NCBI GenBank assembly: GCA_044233605.1
Contig: JBIIJS010000001.1
Span: 1 to 40,591 of the forward strand
DNA length: 40,591 nucleotides
Reading direction: 5' to 3'
From: Cyanobium sp.
Lineage (GTDB): Bacteria; Cyanobacteriota; Cyanobacteriia; PCC-6307; Cyanobiaceae
Notes under the pieces: generated by a model
What the model was told of the DNA's origin: nothing
Databases searched by the model: none
Seen by the model: the letters and a program-made list of their open reading frames with translations, nothing else
Shown here: in pieces, positions 17,106 through 26,217 of the stretch
How positions within the stretch are numbered: the stretch's first letter is position 1
How the letters are laid out: each line of letters starts with the position of its first letter
Made by a program: the position numbers and the translations under genes

Positions 17106-18845
17106 TCAGCCACCCATCTGGATGAACTGGCGTTCGCACAGCTCCCGGTAGCGGCCACCGCGGGCCATCAGCTCGCCGTGGTTGCCCTGCTCCACGATAT
17201 GGCCGCGTTCAAGCACCAGGATCCGGTCGGCCTCCTGCACGGTGGAGAGCCGGTGGGCGATCACCAGTACGGTGCGACCCGCCATCGCCTGTGCCAGGCC
17301 CCGCTGCACCGCCTCCTCGGACTCGGCGTCGAGGGCGCTTGTGGCCTCATCGAGCAACAGAATCGCCGGATCACCCAGCACGGCGCGGGCGATCGCCAGG
17401 CGCTGCAGCTGGCCGCCGGAGAAGTTGCTGCCCCGCTCCTCCACCCGGCTGTCGTAGCCGTGGGGGAGGGCCTCGATGAAGCCGGCGGCATTGGCCAGCC
17501 TGGCTGCTTTCCGCAGGCTCTCAAGGCTGGCGGGACGGCCGAAGGCGATCGCTTCGGCCACCGTTCCGGAGAAGAGGCTGCTCTGCTGCGGTACGAGGGC
17601 CACGGCGCGGCGCAGTTCGTGGGCCCTCAGCTCAGCGAGGTCGTGGCCATCGAGAAGCACCCGGCCGTTCTGGGGGATGTTGAAGCGCAGCAGCAGGGAA
17701 AACAACGTGCTCTTACCGGCGCCGGAGGGGCCCACCAGCGCCACCACCTGACCGGGCTCGATCTGCAGGTGAAGGTTGTGCAGTACCGGCTGCCCGGGGT
17801 CGTAGCCGAAGCGCACCCCGTCGAGCAGCAGGCCGCCGCGCACCGGTCCGAGCGGGAGGGCATCGGCGCGGTCGGGCGTCTCCACCGGCTCGGCCTCGAT
17901 CGCCCGCAGGCGCCGCAGCGAGGCCTGCCCCTGCTGGAACTCGTTGAAATTGGTGGTGAGGTGGGAGATCGGATCGATCAGCATCAGCAGCGCCGCCATG
18001 TAGGCGCTGAAGCCCTGGCTGCTGAGGCCGCCGGAGCTGATGCGGGCAGCACCGATCACCAGCACGGCCAGGATGCCGAAGGCTTCGATGAAGCCCACCA
18101 CCGGATGTTGCTGGGCCAGCAGGTTCATGCTGCGGTAGCGGGCGCGGCGGTGCAGATCCACCTCCTCATCGAAGCGCTGCTGCAGCCAGGGCTCGGCGGC
18201 GTAGGCCCGCACCAGGGGCAGGGCGCCGATCGCCTCACCCAGCAGGGCTGCCAGCTCGCTCACCTGCTGCTGGCTGCGTTCGGCGGCGCGCATCACCCGG
18301 GCGCCGAAGGCGCTCACAAGCAGGGCCACGAAGGGGGCCAGCAGCAGGGTGGCCAGGGCCAGGGGCCAGTCGAGCCAGAGCATGTAGCCGAGCACCACCA
18401 CCAGCTGCAGGGCGCTGGGCGTGCTGTCATGAATGGTCTTGTAGATCACCTCCCCCACCCGGTCGGCGTCCTCGGTGAGGCGGTAGGTGAGATCGCCGGC
18501 GGAAAGTTTCTCCAGCGCGCCGAACTCGAGCCGCTGCAGGCGGGCGAACAGGCGTTGCCGCAGCTCCTGGCTCACATGCAGCGCCGGACCGGCCAGCAGG
18601 GTGTCCTGGCCGAACTGAGCCGTCTTCTGCACCAGGAACACGGCTAGAGCGAGGCCCACGGTGCGCAGCACTGTGGGGATGTCGCCAGCGCCGATGGCCG
18701 GGATCAGCTGGCCAGCCAGCCAGGCCAGCAGGGGGAAGCTGGCGACGAAGATCAGGATGCAGACGCCGCCGGCCAGCAGGTTGCGCCGATGGGGCTTCAG
18801 CAGCGGCCAGAGCCTGCGGAAGCCGGCCGGCGAGGATGCGAGCAT
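17106..18845 (-). CDS. ABC exporter, fused permease/ATPase (MsbA-like)
   Basis: N-terminal TM domain; GPSGAGKS, FSGGQLQR, LLLDEATSALD, VIAHRLST. Confidence 0.95.
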   Translation of the reverse strand: MLASSPAGFRRLWPLLKPHRRNLLAGGVCILIFVASFPLLAWLAGQLIPAIGAGDIPTVLRTVGLALAVFLVQKTAQFGQDTLLAGPALHVSQELRQRLFARLQRLEFGALEKLSAGDLTYRLTEDADRVGEVIYKTIHDSTPSALQLVVVLGYMLWLDWPLALATLLLAPFVALLVSAFGARVMRAAERSQQQVSELAALLGEAIGALPLVRAYAAEPWLQQRFDEEVDLHRRARYRSMNLLAQQHPVVGFIEAFGILAVLVIGAARISSGGLSSQGFSAYMAALLMLIDPISHLTTNFNEFQQGQASLRRLRAIEAEPVETPDRADALPLGPVRGGLLLDGVRFGYDPGQPVLHNLHLQIEPGQVVALVGPSGAGKSTLFSLLLRFNIPQNGRVLLDGHDLAELRAHELRRAVALVPQQSSLFSGTVAEAIAFGRPASLESLRKAARLANAAGFIEALPHGYDSRVEERGSNFSGGQLQRLAIARAVLGDPAILLLDEATSALDAESEEAVQRGLAQAMAGRTVLVIAHRLSTVQEADRILVLERGHIVEQGNHGELMARGGRYRELCERQFIQMGG

Positions 18846-18888
18846 CGCTGAACCCTACGCCCGCCGCCTCCAGGGCCGGCCCGCCGTT

Positions 18889-19074
18889 CTGAAGCTCGAT
18901 CAGTTCCTCAAATGGCAGGGCCTGGCCGCCACCGGTGGCGAGGCCAAGCAACGCATCCAGCGCGGCGACGTCCGCGTCAACGACACGATCGAAACCCGCC
19001 GCGGCCGTCGCCTCGCCCTCGGGGATGTGGTGACGGTCGACGGCCGTGAGCTGTTGGTCACCGTCACCGATTAG
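18889..19074 (+). CDS. S4-domain RNA-binding protein (YaaA/YbcJ-like); probable CTG start
   Basis: (M)KLDQFLKWQGLAATGGEAKQRIQRGDVRVNDTIETRRGRRLALGDVV. Confidence 0.85.
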   Translation: MKLDQFLKWQGLAATGGEAKQRIQRGDVRVNDTIETRRGRRLALGDVVTVDGRELLVTVTD

Positions 19075-19109
19075 CGTGACCAATACCCCATCGTGAGGAG
19101 CGGCTGCCG

Positions 19110-19853
19110 GTGCGCAAGGCTGTGATCGCAGGCAACTGGAAGATGCACATGACCTGCGCCGAGACGCGGGTCTTCGCCGCCGCCTTCCGGCCGCTGATCG
19201 AGCAGCTCCCCGCTGATCGCCGCGTGGTGATCGCCCCTCCCTTCACCGCCATCCCCACCCTCTGCCGCCATCTGGCCGGTGCCGGGGTGGAGATCGCCGC
19301 CCAGAACGTGCACTGGGAGGAGAAGGGGGCCTACACCGGCATGGTGTCGGCGCCGATGCTGGTGGAGCATGGCGTCAGCCATGCAATCGTGGGTCATAGT
19401 GAGCCTCGCAAGTATTACAGCGAGAGCGACGAACAGATCAACCTCCGTGCCCGCACCGCCCAGGTTCACGGCCTGATCCCGATCCTCTGCGTGGGCGAGA
19501 GCCTCGACCAGCGCGAGGCACGCGAGACCGAACGGGTGATCCATCGCCAGATCGAGCAGGGGCTTGAGGGGGTCGATCCGCTTCGGCTGATCGTGGCCTA
19601 CGAACCGATCTGGGCGATCGGCACCGGCAAAACCTGCGCCGCCGATGAGGCCAACCGCATCTGCGGCCTGATCCGCGGCTGGGTGGGCAATCCGGATGTG
19701 ATCGTTCAGTACGGAGGCTCGGTCACCCCTGAAACGATTGACCAGCTGATGGCCCAGCCGGAGATCGACGGCGCCCTGGTGGGTGGTGCCTCGCTCAAGC
19801 CCGAGGGCTTTGCCCGCATCTGCAACTACCAGCCGGTGGCTGTCGCCGCCTGA
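19110..19853 (+). CDS. tpiA: Triosephosphate isomerase
   Basis: [34 protein letters not shown]. Confidence 0.99.
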   Translation: MRKAVIAGNWKMHMTCAETRVFAAAFRPLIEQLPADRRVVIAPPFTAIPTLCRHLAGAGVEIAAQNVHWEEKGAYTGMVSAPMLVEHGVSHAIVGHSEPRKYYSESDEQINLRARTAQVHGLIPILCVGESLDQREARETERVIHRQIEQGLEGVDPLRLIVAYEPIWAIGTGKTCAADEANRICGLIRGWVGNPDVIVQYGGSVTPETIDQLMAQPEIDGALVGGASLKPEGFARICNYQPVAVAA

Positions 19854-19872
19854 TGGATCCCTTCCTCCACCC

Positions 19873-20748
19873 TTGAACAGCGCCCGCTTCTCCTGGGGCG
19901 ATCGCTGCGCTGTGATGGGGGTGATCAATCTCACCCCCGATTCATTCAGCGACGGTGGTCGCTTCCTCGACCCGGCGGCGGCCGTAGCCGAGGCGGGTCG
20001 GCAGCTGGCCCGGGGGGCCGATCTGCTGGATCTCGGTGCCCAGAGCACCCGGCCCGGCGCCGACGAGGTGGGCCCCGACCGGGAGCTCCAGCGTCTGCTG
20101 CCAGCACTGACGGCGATCCGCGCTGCCCATCCGCAGGCGTTGCTCTCGATCGACACCTTTCATGCGGCGGTGGCGGAGGCGGCTCTGGCGGCCGGGGCTG
20201 ACTGGATCAATGATGTGCGCGGCGCCAGCCCGAGGCGGGATCCGGCCATGGTGGCCGCGGTGGCTCGCAGCGGCTGCCCCTATGTGGTCATGCACAGCCG
20301 CGGGGACAGCCGCTCGATGGATGGCCTGGCGGTGTACGGCGACGTGGTGGCGGAGGTGCGCTCCGAGCTGCAGGCAGCCACCGATGCGCTGCAGGCGGCC
20401 GGGGTGGCCGCCGGGCAGATCCTCTGGGATCCGGGCCTGGGCTTCGCCAAGACCACCGCGCACAACCTCGAACTGCTGCGCCGCCTCGACGAGCTGGCGG
20501 CGGCAGGGTATCCGCTGCTACTGGGTCCGTCGCGCAAGCGTTTCATCGGCGCGGTGCTCGACGAGCCCCGCCCCAGAGCCAGGCTATGGGGCACCGCCGC
20601 GGTCTGCGCCCTGGCGGCGGCGCGGGGCGCGGCAGTGCTGCGAGTGCACGACGTGGGCCCGATTGCCCAGGTGGTGCGAATGGCAACGGCGCTCACTCCG
20701 GTTGGCTCGTCCGGCCAGCTTCAGCCGCCCAGCAGCGCGCGCACCTGA
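19873..20748 (+). CDS. folP: Dihydropteroate synthase (start TTG 19873 or GTG 19912)
   Basis: MGVINLTPDSFSDGG, GAQSTRPG, SIDT, DPGLGFAK, SRKRFIG, LRVHDV. Confidence 0.97.
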   Translation: MNSARFSWGDRCAVMGVINLTPDSFSDGGRFLDPAAAVAEAGRQLARGADLLDLGAQSTRPGADEVGPDRELQRLLPALTAIRAAHPQALLSIDTFHAAVAEAALAAGADWINDVRGASPRRDPAMVAAVARSGCPYVVMHSRGDSRSMDGLAVYGDVVAEVRSELQAATDALQAAGVAAGQILWDPGLGFAKTTAHNLELLRRLDELAAAGYPLLLGPSRKRFIGAVLDEPRPRARLWGTAAVCALAAARGAAVLRVHDVGPIAQVVRMATALTPVGSSGQLQPPSSART

Positions 20749-22121
20749 TCGGCGGCCGCCAGCCCCGCCTCGATCGCCCCTTCGAAGTAGCCCGGCCAGC
20801 GATGGGCCGCCTCGGTACCGGCCCACACCACCCGCTGGTGCGGCTGCTGCCAGATTGATCCGTAGCTGGTCCAGGCGCCGGGAGTGAGGAAGCTGGTGAA
20901 GGCACCGCCGCTCCAGCTCTCGGTGTTCCAGTTATGCACAACCAGATCGAGCGGTTCGGCCGCCGCTTCGCCCCACCAGGCCCGCAGGTCGGCGAGCACC
21001 GCCTGGCGCCGGCGCGCCTCCGGCAATCGCTGCCAGCGCACGGCCCGATCGCCCGCAATGAAGCCGGCCAGCAGACCCGGCCCTCCCGGAGGAGAGCTGT
21101 CGACCGTGAGCTCCAGGGTGGGCAGGTTACCGATGCCCAGGCCGTTGAGCCCCTCGTCGCGCCAGAACGGCCTGGGGTAGAGCGCCAGCACCTTCACCAT
21201 CGAGCCCATCGGCGAGCGCTGCAGCAGGCCGCGCCACTGGGGCGGCAGCTCGGGTTCGTAGTGGATCGCCAACCGTAGCGGTGGCGGGATCGCCACCACC
21301 GCCGCGCCGGCGTGCAGCTGGGAGCCATCGGCGCAGCCCACCACCACGCCGCCGCCGTTCTGGTGGATCGAGACCACCGGCGCCCGCAGGTGGATCAGTC
21401 CAGCGAGCTCGGCGGCCAGCAGCCCCGCCACCTGGGCGATGCCCCCCTCCACGAGCCAGGCCTCCGGCGTCTCCTGCTGGGGTGCCACGGCCTGGCTCCA
21501 TGCCAGGTGCAGGATCGAGCTTTCGTGCGGCTCGAAGCCCCCCGAACCGCCCATGCGGCTCAGCCAGGCCAGCGGGTAGCGGGCGAGATCGCCGGCACCC
21601 TGCCGCTCCAGCCAGTGGTCGACACTGATCCGATCGAGGCTCTCGGCCCCTTCAACCTCCCAGGGGGTGGCGGGCGTCACCTTCTCCACCAGTTCGCGAA
21701 AGTGCCTCTGCACCGCCAGGGCCTGCTCAAGGCTGGACGGCGGCAACCCCAGCTCCTGCGGCCGGAAGAACAGCAGGCTGGCGGCAAAATCGTGCTCCAC
21801 ACCGGCGCGGTGGGCCACGCCGTTCCAGAGAAACACCCCCTCGCCGTCGTAGTGGGTGGGGTAGCGGCGCAGGTGGAATTCGTCCAGCAGCGCCAGCAGA
21901 TGGCGGTGGCTGGCGCCCACCCACTGGCCGCCCAGATCCACTGGTATGCCTGTGGTACTCCTGCCGCGGTGCATACGGCCTCCCCAGCGTTCGCGGGCCT
22001 CCAGGAGCCTCACCGCCAACCCCGTGCGGCTCAGGCTGCGGGCGGAGATCAGGCCGGACAGCCCTGCGCCCACCACCACCACATCGGGATCTCTGCCCTG
22101 TCCGGGGGTCGTGGTGGACAT
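20721..22121 (-). CDS. Flavin-dependent amine oxidase (MAO/putrescine oxidase family)
   Basis: VVVGAGLSGL, EARERWGGR, DLGGQWVG, WSGGAF, WAGTE...WPGYFEGAIEAG. Confidence 0.92.
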   Translation of the reverse strand: MSTTTPGQGRDPDVVVVGAGLSGLISARSLSRTGLAVRLLEARERWGGRMHRGRSTTGIPVDLGGQWVGASHRHLLALLDEFHLRRYPTHYDGEGVFLWNGVAHRAGVEHDFAASLLFFRPQELGLPPSSLEQALAVQRHFRELVEKVTPATPWEVEGAESLDRISVDHWLERQGAGDLARYPLAWLSRMGGSGGFEPHESSILHLAWSQAVAPQQETPEAWLVEGGIAQVAGLLAAELAGLIHLRAPVVSIHQNGGGVVVGCADGSQLHAGAAVVAIPPPLRLAIHYEPELPPQWRGLLQRSPMGSMVKVLALYPRPFWRDEGLNGLGIGNLPTLELTVDSSPPGGPGLLAGFIAGDRAVRWQRLPEARRRQAVLADLRAWWGEAAAEPLDLVVHNWNTESWSGGAFTSFLTPGAWTSYGSIWQQPHQRVVWAGTEAAHRWPGYFEGAIEAGLAAADQVRALLGG

Positions 22122-22149
22122 TGAAGAGTGCAGCTGACTTGCTAGAGAA

Positions 22150-22188
22150 AGACGCCTTGTTTGGCGTCTGAACAGTTGGAGTCTGAAC
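22150..22188. promoter_or_regulatory. Candidate operator between the divergent oxidase and potA
   Basis: Inverted repeat AGACGCC-N6-GGCGTCT (22150-22169) and direct repeat GTCTGAAC at 22166 and 22181. Confidence 0.4.
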
Positions 22189-23246
22189 GGTCCTGCGTCT
22201 CGCTCACCCGCTCCGGCCCCGTCATCGGCAGTGATACCGGTAACGATTCCGCCGTGGCGATCGCCCTGCAGGATCTGAGCCGCAGCTATGGCGGCCACGC
22301 CGCCCTCGACGGCCTGGATCTCAGCATTGGTGCCGGCGAATTCTTCTCCCTGCTCGGGCCCTCCGGCTGCGGCAAGACCACCACCCTGCGGCTGATTGCC
22401 GGTTTCGAGCGTCCCGACCGAGGCCGCATCCTTCTGCAGGGGTGCGATCTCACCGAGGCGCCGCCACACCGCCGGCCGGTGAATCTGGTGTTCCAGAACT
22501 ACGCCCTGTTTCCCCATCTGAGCGTGTGGGACAACGTGGCGTTCGGTCCCCGTTCGCTGCGGCTGCAAGAGTCCGAGGTGCGGCGGCGGGTCGGAGAGCT
22601 GCTGGAGGTGGTTCGGCTGGCCGACCTGGCCCGGCGCCGTCCCCACCAGCTCTCGGGCGGCCAGCAGCAGCGAGCGGCCCTGGCGCGGGCACTGGTGAAC
22701 GCACCGGCTGCCCTGCTGCTCGATGAGCCGCTGGCCGCCCTCGATCCGGATCTGCGTCGCTCGATGCGCACAGAGCTGCAGCGGATCCAGCGGCAGTTGG
22801 GCATCACCTTCCTGTTGGTCACCCACGACCGGGAGGAGGCGCTCAGCCTCAGCGACCGACTGGCGGTGCTGCACGCCGGCCGCCTCGAGCAGGTGGGCAC
22901 GCCGCGGCAGCTCTATGAGCGCCCACGCAGTGCTGTGGTGGCCACCTTCCTGGGGGCGGCCAACCTGCTCCGCGAGGGCCATGGCGGAGGGGTGCGGCTG
23001 TTGCGTCCCGAGCGTCTGCGGTTGCGCGAAGGCGCGCCGGACCAGGGTGAGCGGGGCCTGCGGGCCCGGGTGCGGGAGCTGGTGTTCCAGGGCGCCACGG
23101 TGGAGGTGCGGCTGAGCACCGAACGCAACCAGCCGCTGGTGGCCATCGACACCGGCGCGGCCCTGCCCAACAATCTGCGCATCGGCAGCGAGTTCTGGTG
23201 CTGCTGGGATCCGGCCGACAGCCACCTTCTGGAGGAGTCCGCATGA
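22161..23246 (+). CDS. potA: Polyamine ABC transporter ATP-binding subunit (start may be GTG 22254)
   Basis: GPSGCGKTT, PPHRRPVNLVFQNYALFPH, LSGGQQQR, LLLDEPL, VTHD. Confidence 0.88.
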   Translation: MASEQLESERSCVSLTRSGPVIGSDTGNDSAVAIALQDLSRSYGGHAALDGLDLSIGAGEFFSLLGPSGCGKTTTLRLIAGFERPDRGRILLQGCDLTEAPPHRRPVNLVFQNYALFPHLSVWDNVAFGPRSLRLQESEVRRRVGELLEVVRLADLARRRPHQLSGGQQQRAALARALVNAPAALLLDEPLAALDPDLRRSMRTELQRIQRQLGITFLLVTHDREEALSLSDRLAVLHAGRLEQVGTPRQLYERPRSAVVATFLGAANLLREGHGGGVRLLRPERLRLREGAPDQGERGLRARVRELVFQGATVEVRLSTERNQPLVAIDTGAALPNNLRIGSEFWCCWDPADSHLLEESA

Positions 23247-24418
23247 CCCGCATCGCCCTGACTGGAGCCGGTGGCGGCCGCCGCCGTTTCCTGCGCCGCC
23301 TCGGCCTGGCAGCCGCCGGCGCCCTGGTGACGCCTCCGCTGCTGCAGGCCTGCGGGGGCAGGGATCAAGCCCCCGGCGCCGATGGATCGGCGGGAGGTGC
23401 CGCGCTGACCATCTCCACCTTCCCCCTCTACATCGACCCGGACGAGCCCGGGGTGCCCGGCAGCGTGGCCCGCTTCCGCAAGGAAACGGGCATCCAGCTG
23501 CGCTACCTGGAAGACATCAGCGATGCGCGCCAGTTCTTCGCCCGCATGCAGCCCCAGCTGGCGGCGGGAAGGCCGGTGACCCAGGACCTGATGGTGCTGC
23601 CCTCCTGGCTGGCGGAGCGGCTGATCGCCCTGGGCTGGCTGGAGCCCCTGCCCCTTGCGCAGGTTCCCAACGCCCGCAACCTGATCCCCTCGCTGCGCGA
23701 TCCGGCCTGGGATCCCCAGGGCCGCTGGAGTCTGCCCTGGCAGTCCGGCATCGCCGGCATCGTGTACAACATCAAGGAAACGGGGCGGGAGCTGGGCAGC
23801 GTCGACGACCTGTTCGATCCGGCCTTCAGGGGAAGGGTTGCGGCGCTGCTGGAGATGCGCGACACCATGGGCCTGCTGATGCTTGCCGACGGCAAGGACA
23901 TCAGCACCCCCGGCTGGGAGGCGGCCCAGCCATCGTTCGAGCGCCTCGAGCGGGCCCGCCGCGACGGCCAGATCCGCCGTTTCACCGGCAACGATTATCA
24001 GAACGATCTGCTCGCGGGCAATCTGGCCGCCTGCATCGGCTGGTCGGGCGACGTGGCCCAGCTGGCGCTTGAGCAGCCCGAGCTGCGTTTCCTCGTGCCC
24101 GAGAGCGGCGGTGTGCTCTGGGCCGATCTGATGCTGATGCCGAAGGGTGCCCGCCATCGGGAGGCGGCGGCCCGCTGGCTCAACTGGGTGTATCAGCCGG
24201 TGGAGGCCGCCCGCATCGCCGCCGCCGTGCAGTACATCTCGCCGGTGCAGGGGGTGCGGGAGATCCTGGCGCAGGATGCCGCCACGGCGGAGCTGGCCCG
24301 CAGTCCGCTGATGTTCCCGGACGCGGGGATGCAGCAGCGTCTGCACAGTTTCGGGCCGTTGAGCGAGGCGGAGGAGGCCCGCTGGGAGGAGCGCTTTGCC
24401 CGCATCACCGAGGGCTGA
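23243..24418 (+). CDS. potD: Polyamine ABC transporter substrate-binding lipoprotein (PotD/PotF family), Tat signal
   Basis: RRRFL twin-arginine motif plus LQAC lipobox; PLYID, PWQSG, WSGD and PESGGVLWAD motifs; ATG overlaps the potA stop. Confidence 0.85.
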   Translation: MTRIALTGAGGGRRRFLRRLGLAAAGALVTPPLLQACGGRDQAPGADGSAGGAALTISTFPLYIDPDEPGVPGSVARFRKETGIQLRYLEDISDARQFFARMQPQLAAGRPVTQDLMVLPSWLAERLIALGWLEPLPLAQVPNARNLIPSLRDPAWDPQGRWSLPWQSGIAGIVYNIKETGRELGSVDDLFDPAFRGRVAALLEMRDTMGLLMLADGKDISTPGWEAAQPSFERLERARRDGQIRRFTGNDYQNDLLAGNLAACIGWSGDVAQLALEQPELRFLVPESGGVLWADLMLMPKGARHREAAARWLNWVYQPVEAARIAAAVQYISPVQGVREILAQDAATAELARSPLMFPDAGMQQRLHSFGPLSEAEEARWEERFARITEG

Positions 24419-24443
24419 GCCACGCCGCCCCGACCCCGGGCCC

Positions 24444-25316
24444 GTGCGCCGTTGGTGGCCCTGGGCCCTGGTGGCGCCGGGGCTGCTGTGGCTGATCGGG
24501 CTCTACCTGCTGCCGCTGCTGGCGCTGGTGCCGCTGTCGCTCTCGGAACCCGTGAGCCGTTTCGGTCTGGAGGTGGTGTTCCGCGGTCGGCTGGCCACCT
24601 ACCTGGAGGTGATGCAGGCCTATGGCCCGATTCTGCTGCGCTCCTTCACTTTTGCCCTGGTAGCCACGGCTCTGGGCCTGCTGCTGGCCTATCCGCTGGC
24701 CTGTGCGATCCGTTTCCGAGGCGGCCGCTGGCAGCCGCTGCTGATCGGTCTGGTGGTGCTGCCATCGCTCGTCTCCTATCTGGTGCGTGCGATCGGCTGG
24801 AGCAGCCTGCTGGGCGATCAGGGCCCGGTGATCGGCCTGATCGAACTGCTGCAGTTGGGCCCTGCGTTGCATGGCCTGGGTATGTTGCGCGACGGCCGGC
24901 TGCTCCATACCCCCACGGCTGTGGTGCTCGGCCTCACCAGCAACCTGCTGCCCTTCCTGGTGCTGCCTCTGGTGGTGGCGCTGCAGCGGATCGACCGGCG
25001 CCTGTTGGAAGCCGCCGCCGATCTACATGCCACTCCTGTGCGCAGTTTCCGACTCGTGGTGTGGCCGCTGTCGCGGCCAGGCCTGACCTCGGGACTGTTG
25101 CTCAGCCTGATCCCGGCGGCCGGCGATGTGGTGAATCCGCTGTTCCTCGGCGGACCCAACGAGCGGATGATCGCAAATACAATCGAAAACCTGCTGCTGG
25201 TGCAGCTGCAGGCGCCGCGGGCGGCGGCCCTCACCCTGGTCTTGATGGCCCTGGTGAGCCTGGCGGTATGGCTGCAGCTGCGTGACGGCGGCATGGATCA
25301 GCTGACGCTGCCATGA
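24444..25316 (+). CDS. potB: Polyamine ABC transporter permease (PotB-like)
   Basis: LLAYPLA, SYLVRAIGW, LPFLVLPL, EAA loop LLEAAADL. Confidence 0.85.
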   Translation: MRRWWPWALVAPGLLWLIGLYLLPLLALVPLSLSEPVSRFGLEVVFRGRLATYLEVMQAYGPILLRSFTFALVATALGLLLAYPLACAIRFRGGRWQPLLIGLVVLPSLVSYLVRAIGWSSLLGDQGPVIGLIELLQLGPALHGLGMLRDGRLLHTPTAVVLGLTSNLLPFLVLPLVVALQRIDRRLLEAAADLHATPVRSFRLVVWPLSRPGLTSGLLLSLIPAAGDVVNPLFLGGPNERMIANTIENLLLVQLQAPRAAALTLVLMALVSLAVWLQLRDGGMDQLTLP

Positions 25317-26134
25317 CCATGACTCGTCGGCGCCCCTGGAGCGATCCTGCTGGCGGGCGGGGATGGCCCGGCCTGCTGTGGACGGCTCTGAGCCTGCTGG
25401 CTTTCGCGCTGCTGTATGCGCCGATTGTTGTGATGGTGCTGTTCAGCTTCAACGAGCCGCGCGGCCGCTTCAATCTGGTGTGGCAGGGCTTCACCTTCGA
25501 GCACTGGCGGCAACCGCTGCGCGATGGACCGCTCACCCACGCCTTTCTCACCAGCCTGGCCCTGGCGCTGGCGGCTGCCCTGCTGGCGGTGTTCCTCGGC
25601 GCTCTGATGGCCCTTGCCCTGGGCCGAGCACGGCCGCGCGGAGCCTGGGGCATGGAACTGCTCCTGGCGCTGCCGCTCACCAACCCGGAGATCGTGCTGG
25701 CCCTGGCCCTGTTTCAGTTGTTCGTGGATATCGACCTGCCGCGCGGGCCGCTGACCCTGCTGCTTTCCCACAGCCTGTTCTGTCTGAGCTATGCGGCGCT
25801 GACCCTCAAGGCGCGGCTGACGGGCTTCGATCCCAGCCTGGAACTCGCCGCCCAGGATCTTGGCGCTCCGCCTCTGGAAGCTTTCCTTCGCGTGACGTTG
25901 CCGCTGCTCACGCCGGGCCTGCTGGCCGCCGCCCTGCTGAGCTTTTCGCTGTCATTCGACGACTATGTGATCAGCAGCTTCACCGCCGGCGAGACGGTGA
26001 CCCTGCCGCTTTACCTGGCCGGGGCGTTCCAGCGGGAGATCTCACCCCAGATCCAGGTACTTTCCACCTTGGCGCTGTTAATGAGCGCGGCGCTGCTGCT
26101 GCTGGTCTTCCCGCCTCGGCAGAGAACTCTGTAG
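25313..26134 (+). CDS. potC: Polyamine ABC transporter permease (PotC-like)
   Basis: LYAPIVVMVLFSFN, PEIV, LELAAQDLGA, FSLSFDDYVIS, TLPLY. Confidence 0.87.
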   Translation: MTMTRRRPWSDPAGGRGWPGLLWTALSLLAFALLYAPIVVMVLFSFNEPRGRFNLVWQGFTFEHWRQPLRDGPLTHAFLTSLALALAAALLAVFLGALMALALGRARPRGAWGMELLLALPLTNPEIVLALALFQLFVDIDLPRGPLTLLLSHSLFCLSYAALTLKARLTGFDPSLELAAQDLGAPPLEAFLRVTLPLLTPGLLAAALLSFSLSFDDYVISSFTAGETVTLPLYLAGAFQREISPQIQVLSTLALLMSAALLLLVFPPRQRTL

Positions 26135-26217
26135 TGATTACCACGTGCTTCAGCACATCTACGTTGACAGGCATGGCGGCCATGGTCATGGTTGACATGG
26201 AAAATTTTTCACTTCCA

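Noticed and set aside
22122-23225. Apparent 368-aa N-terminal extension of the amine oxidase (834-aa ORF)
   Set aside because: It is the antisense of potA; the oxidase fold starts just after ATG 22121
25363-26172. Apparent long N-terminal extension of MscS (570-aa ORF)
   Set aside because: Alternative frame over potC with low-complexity Ala/Arg/Pro sequence
26163-26197. Two GTTGACA copies upstream of mscS as -35 elements
   Set aside because: Neither has a convincing -10 hexamer at 16-18 bp spacing
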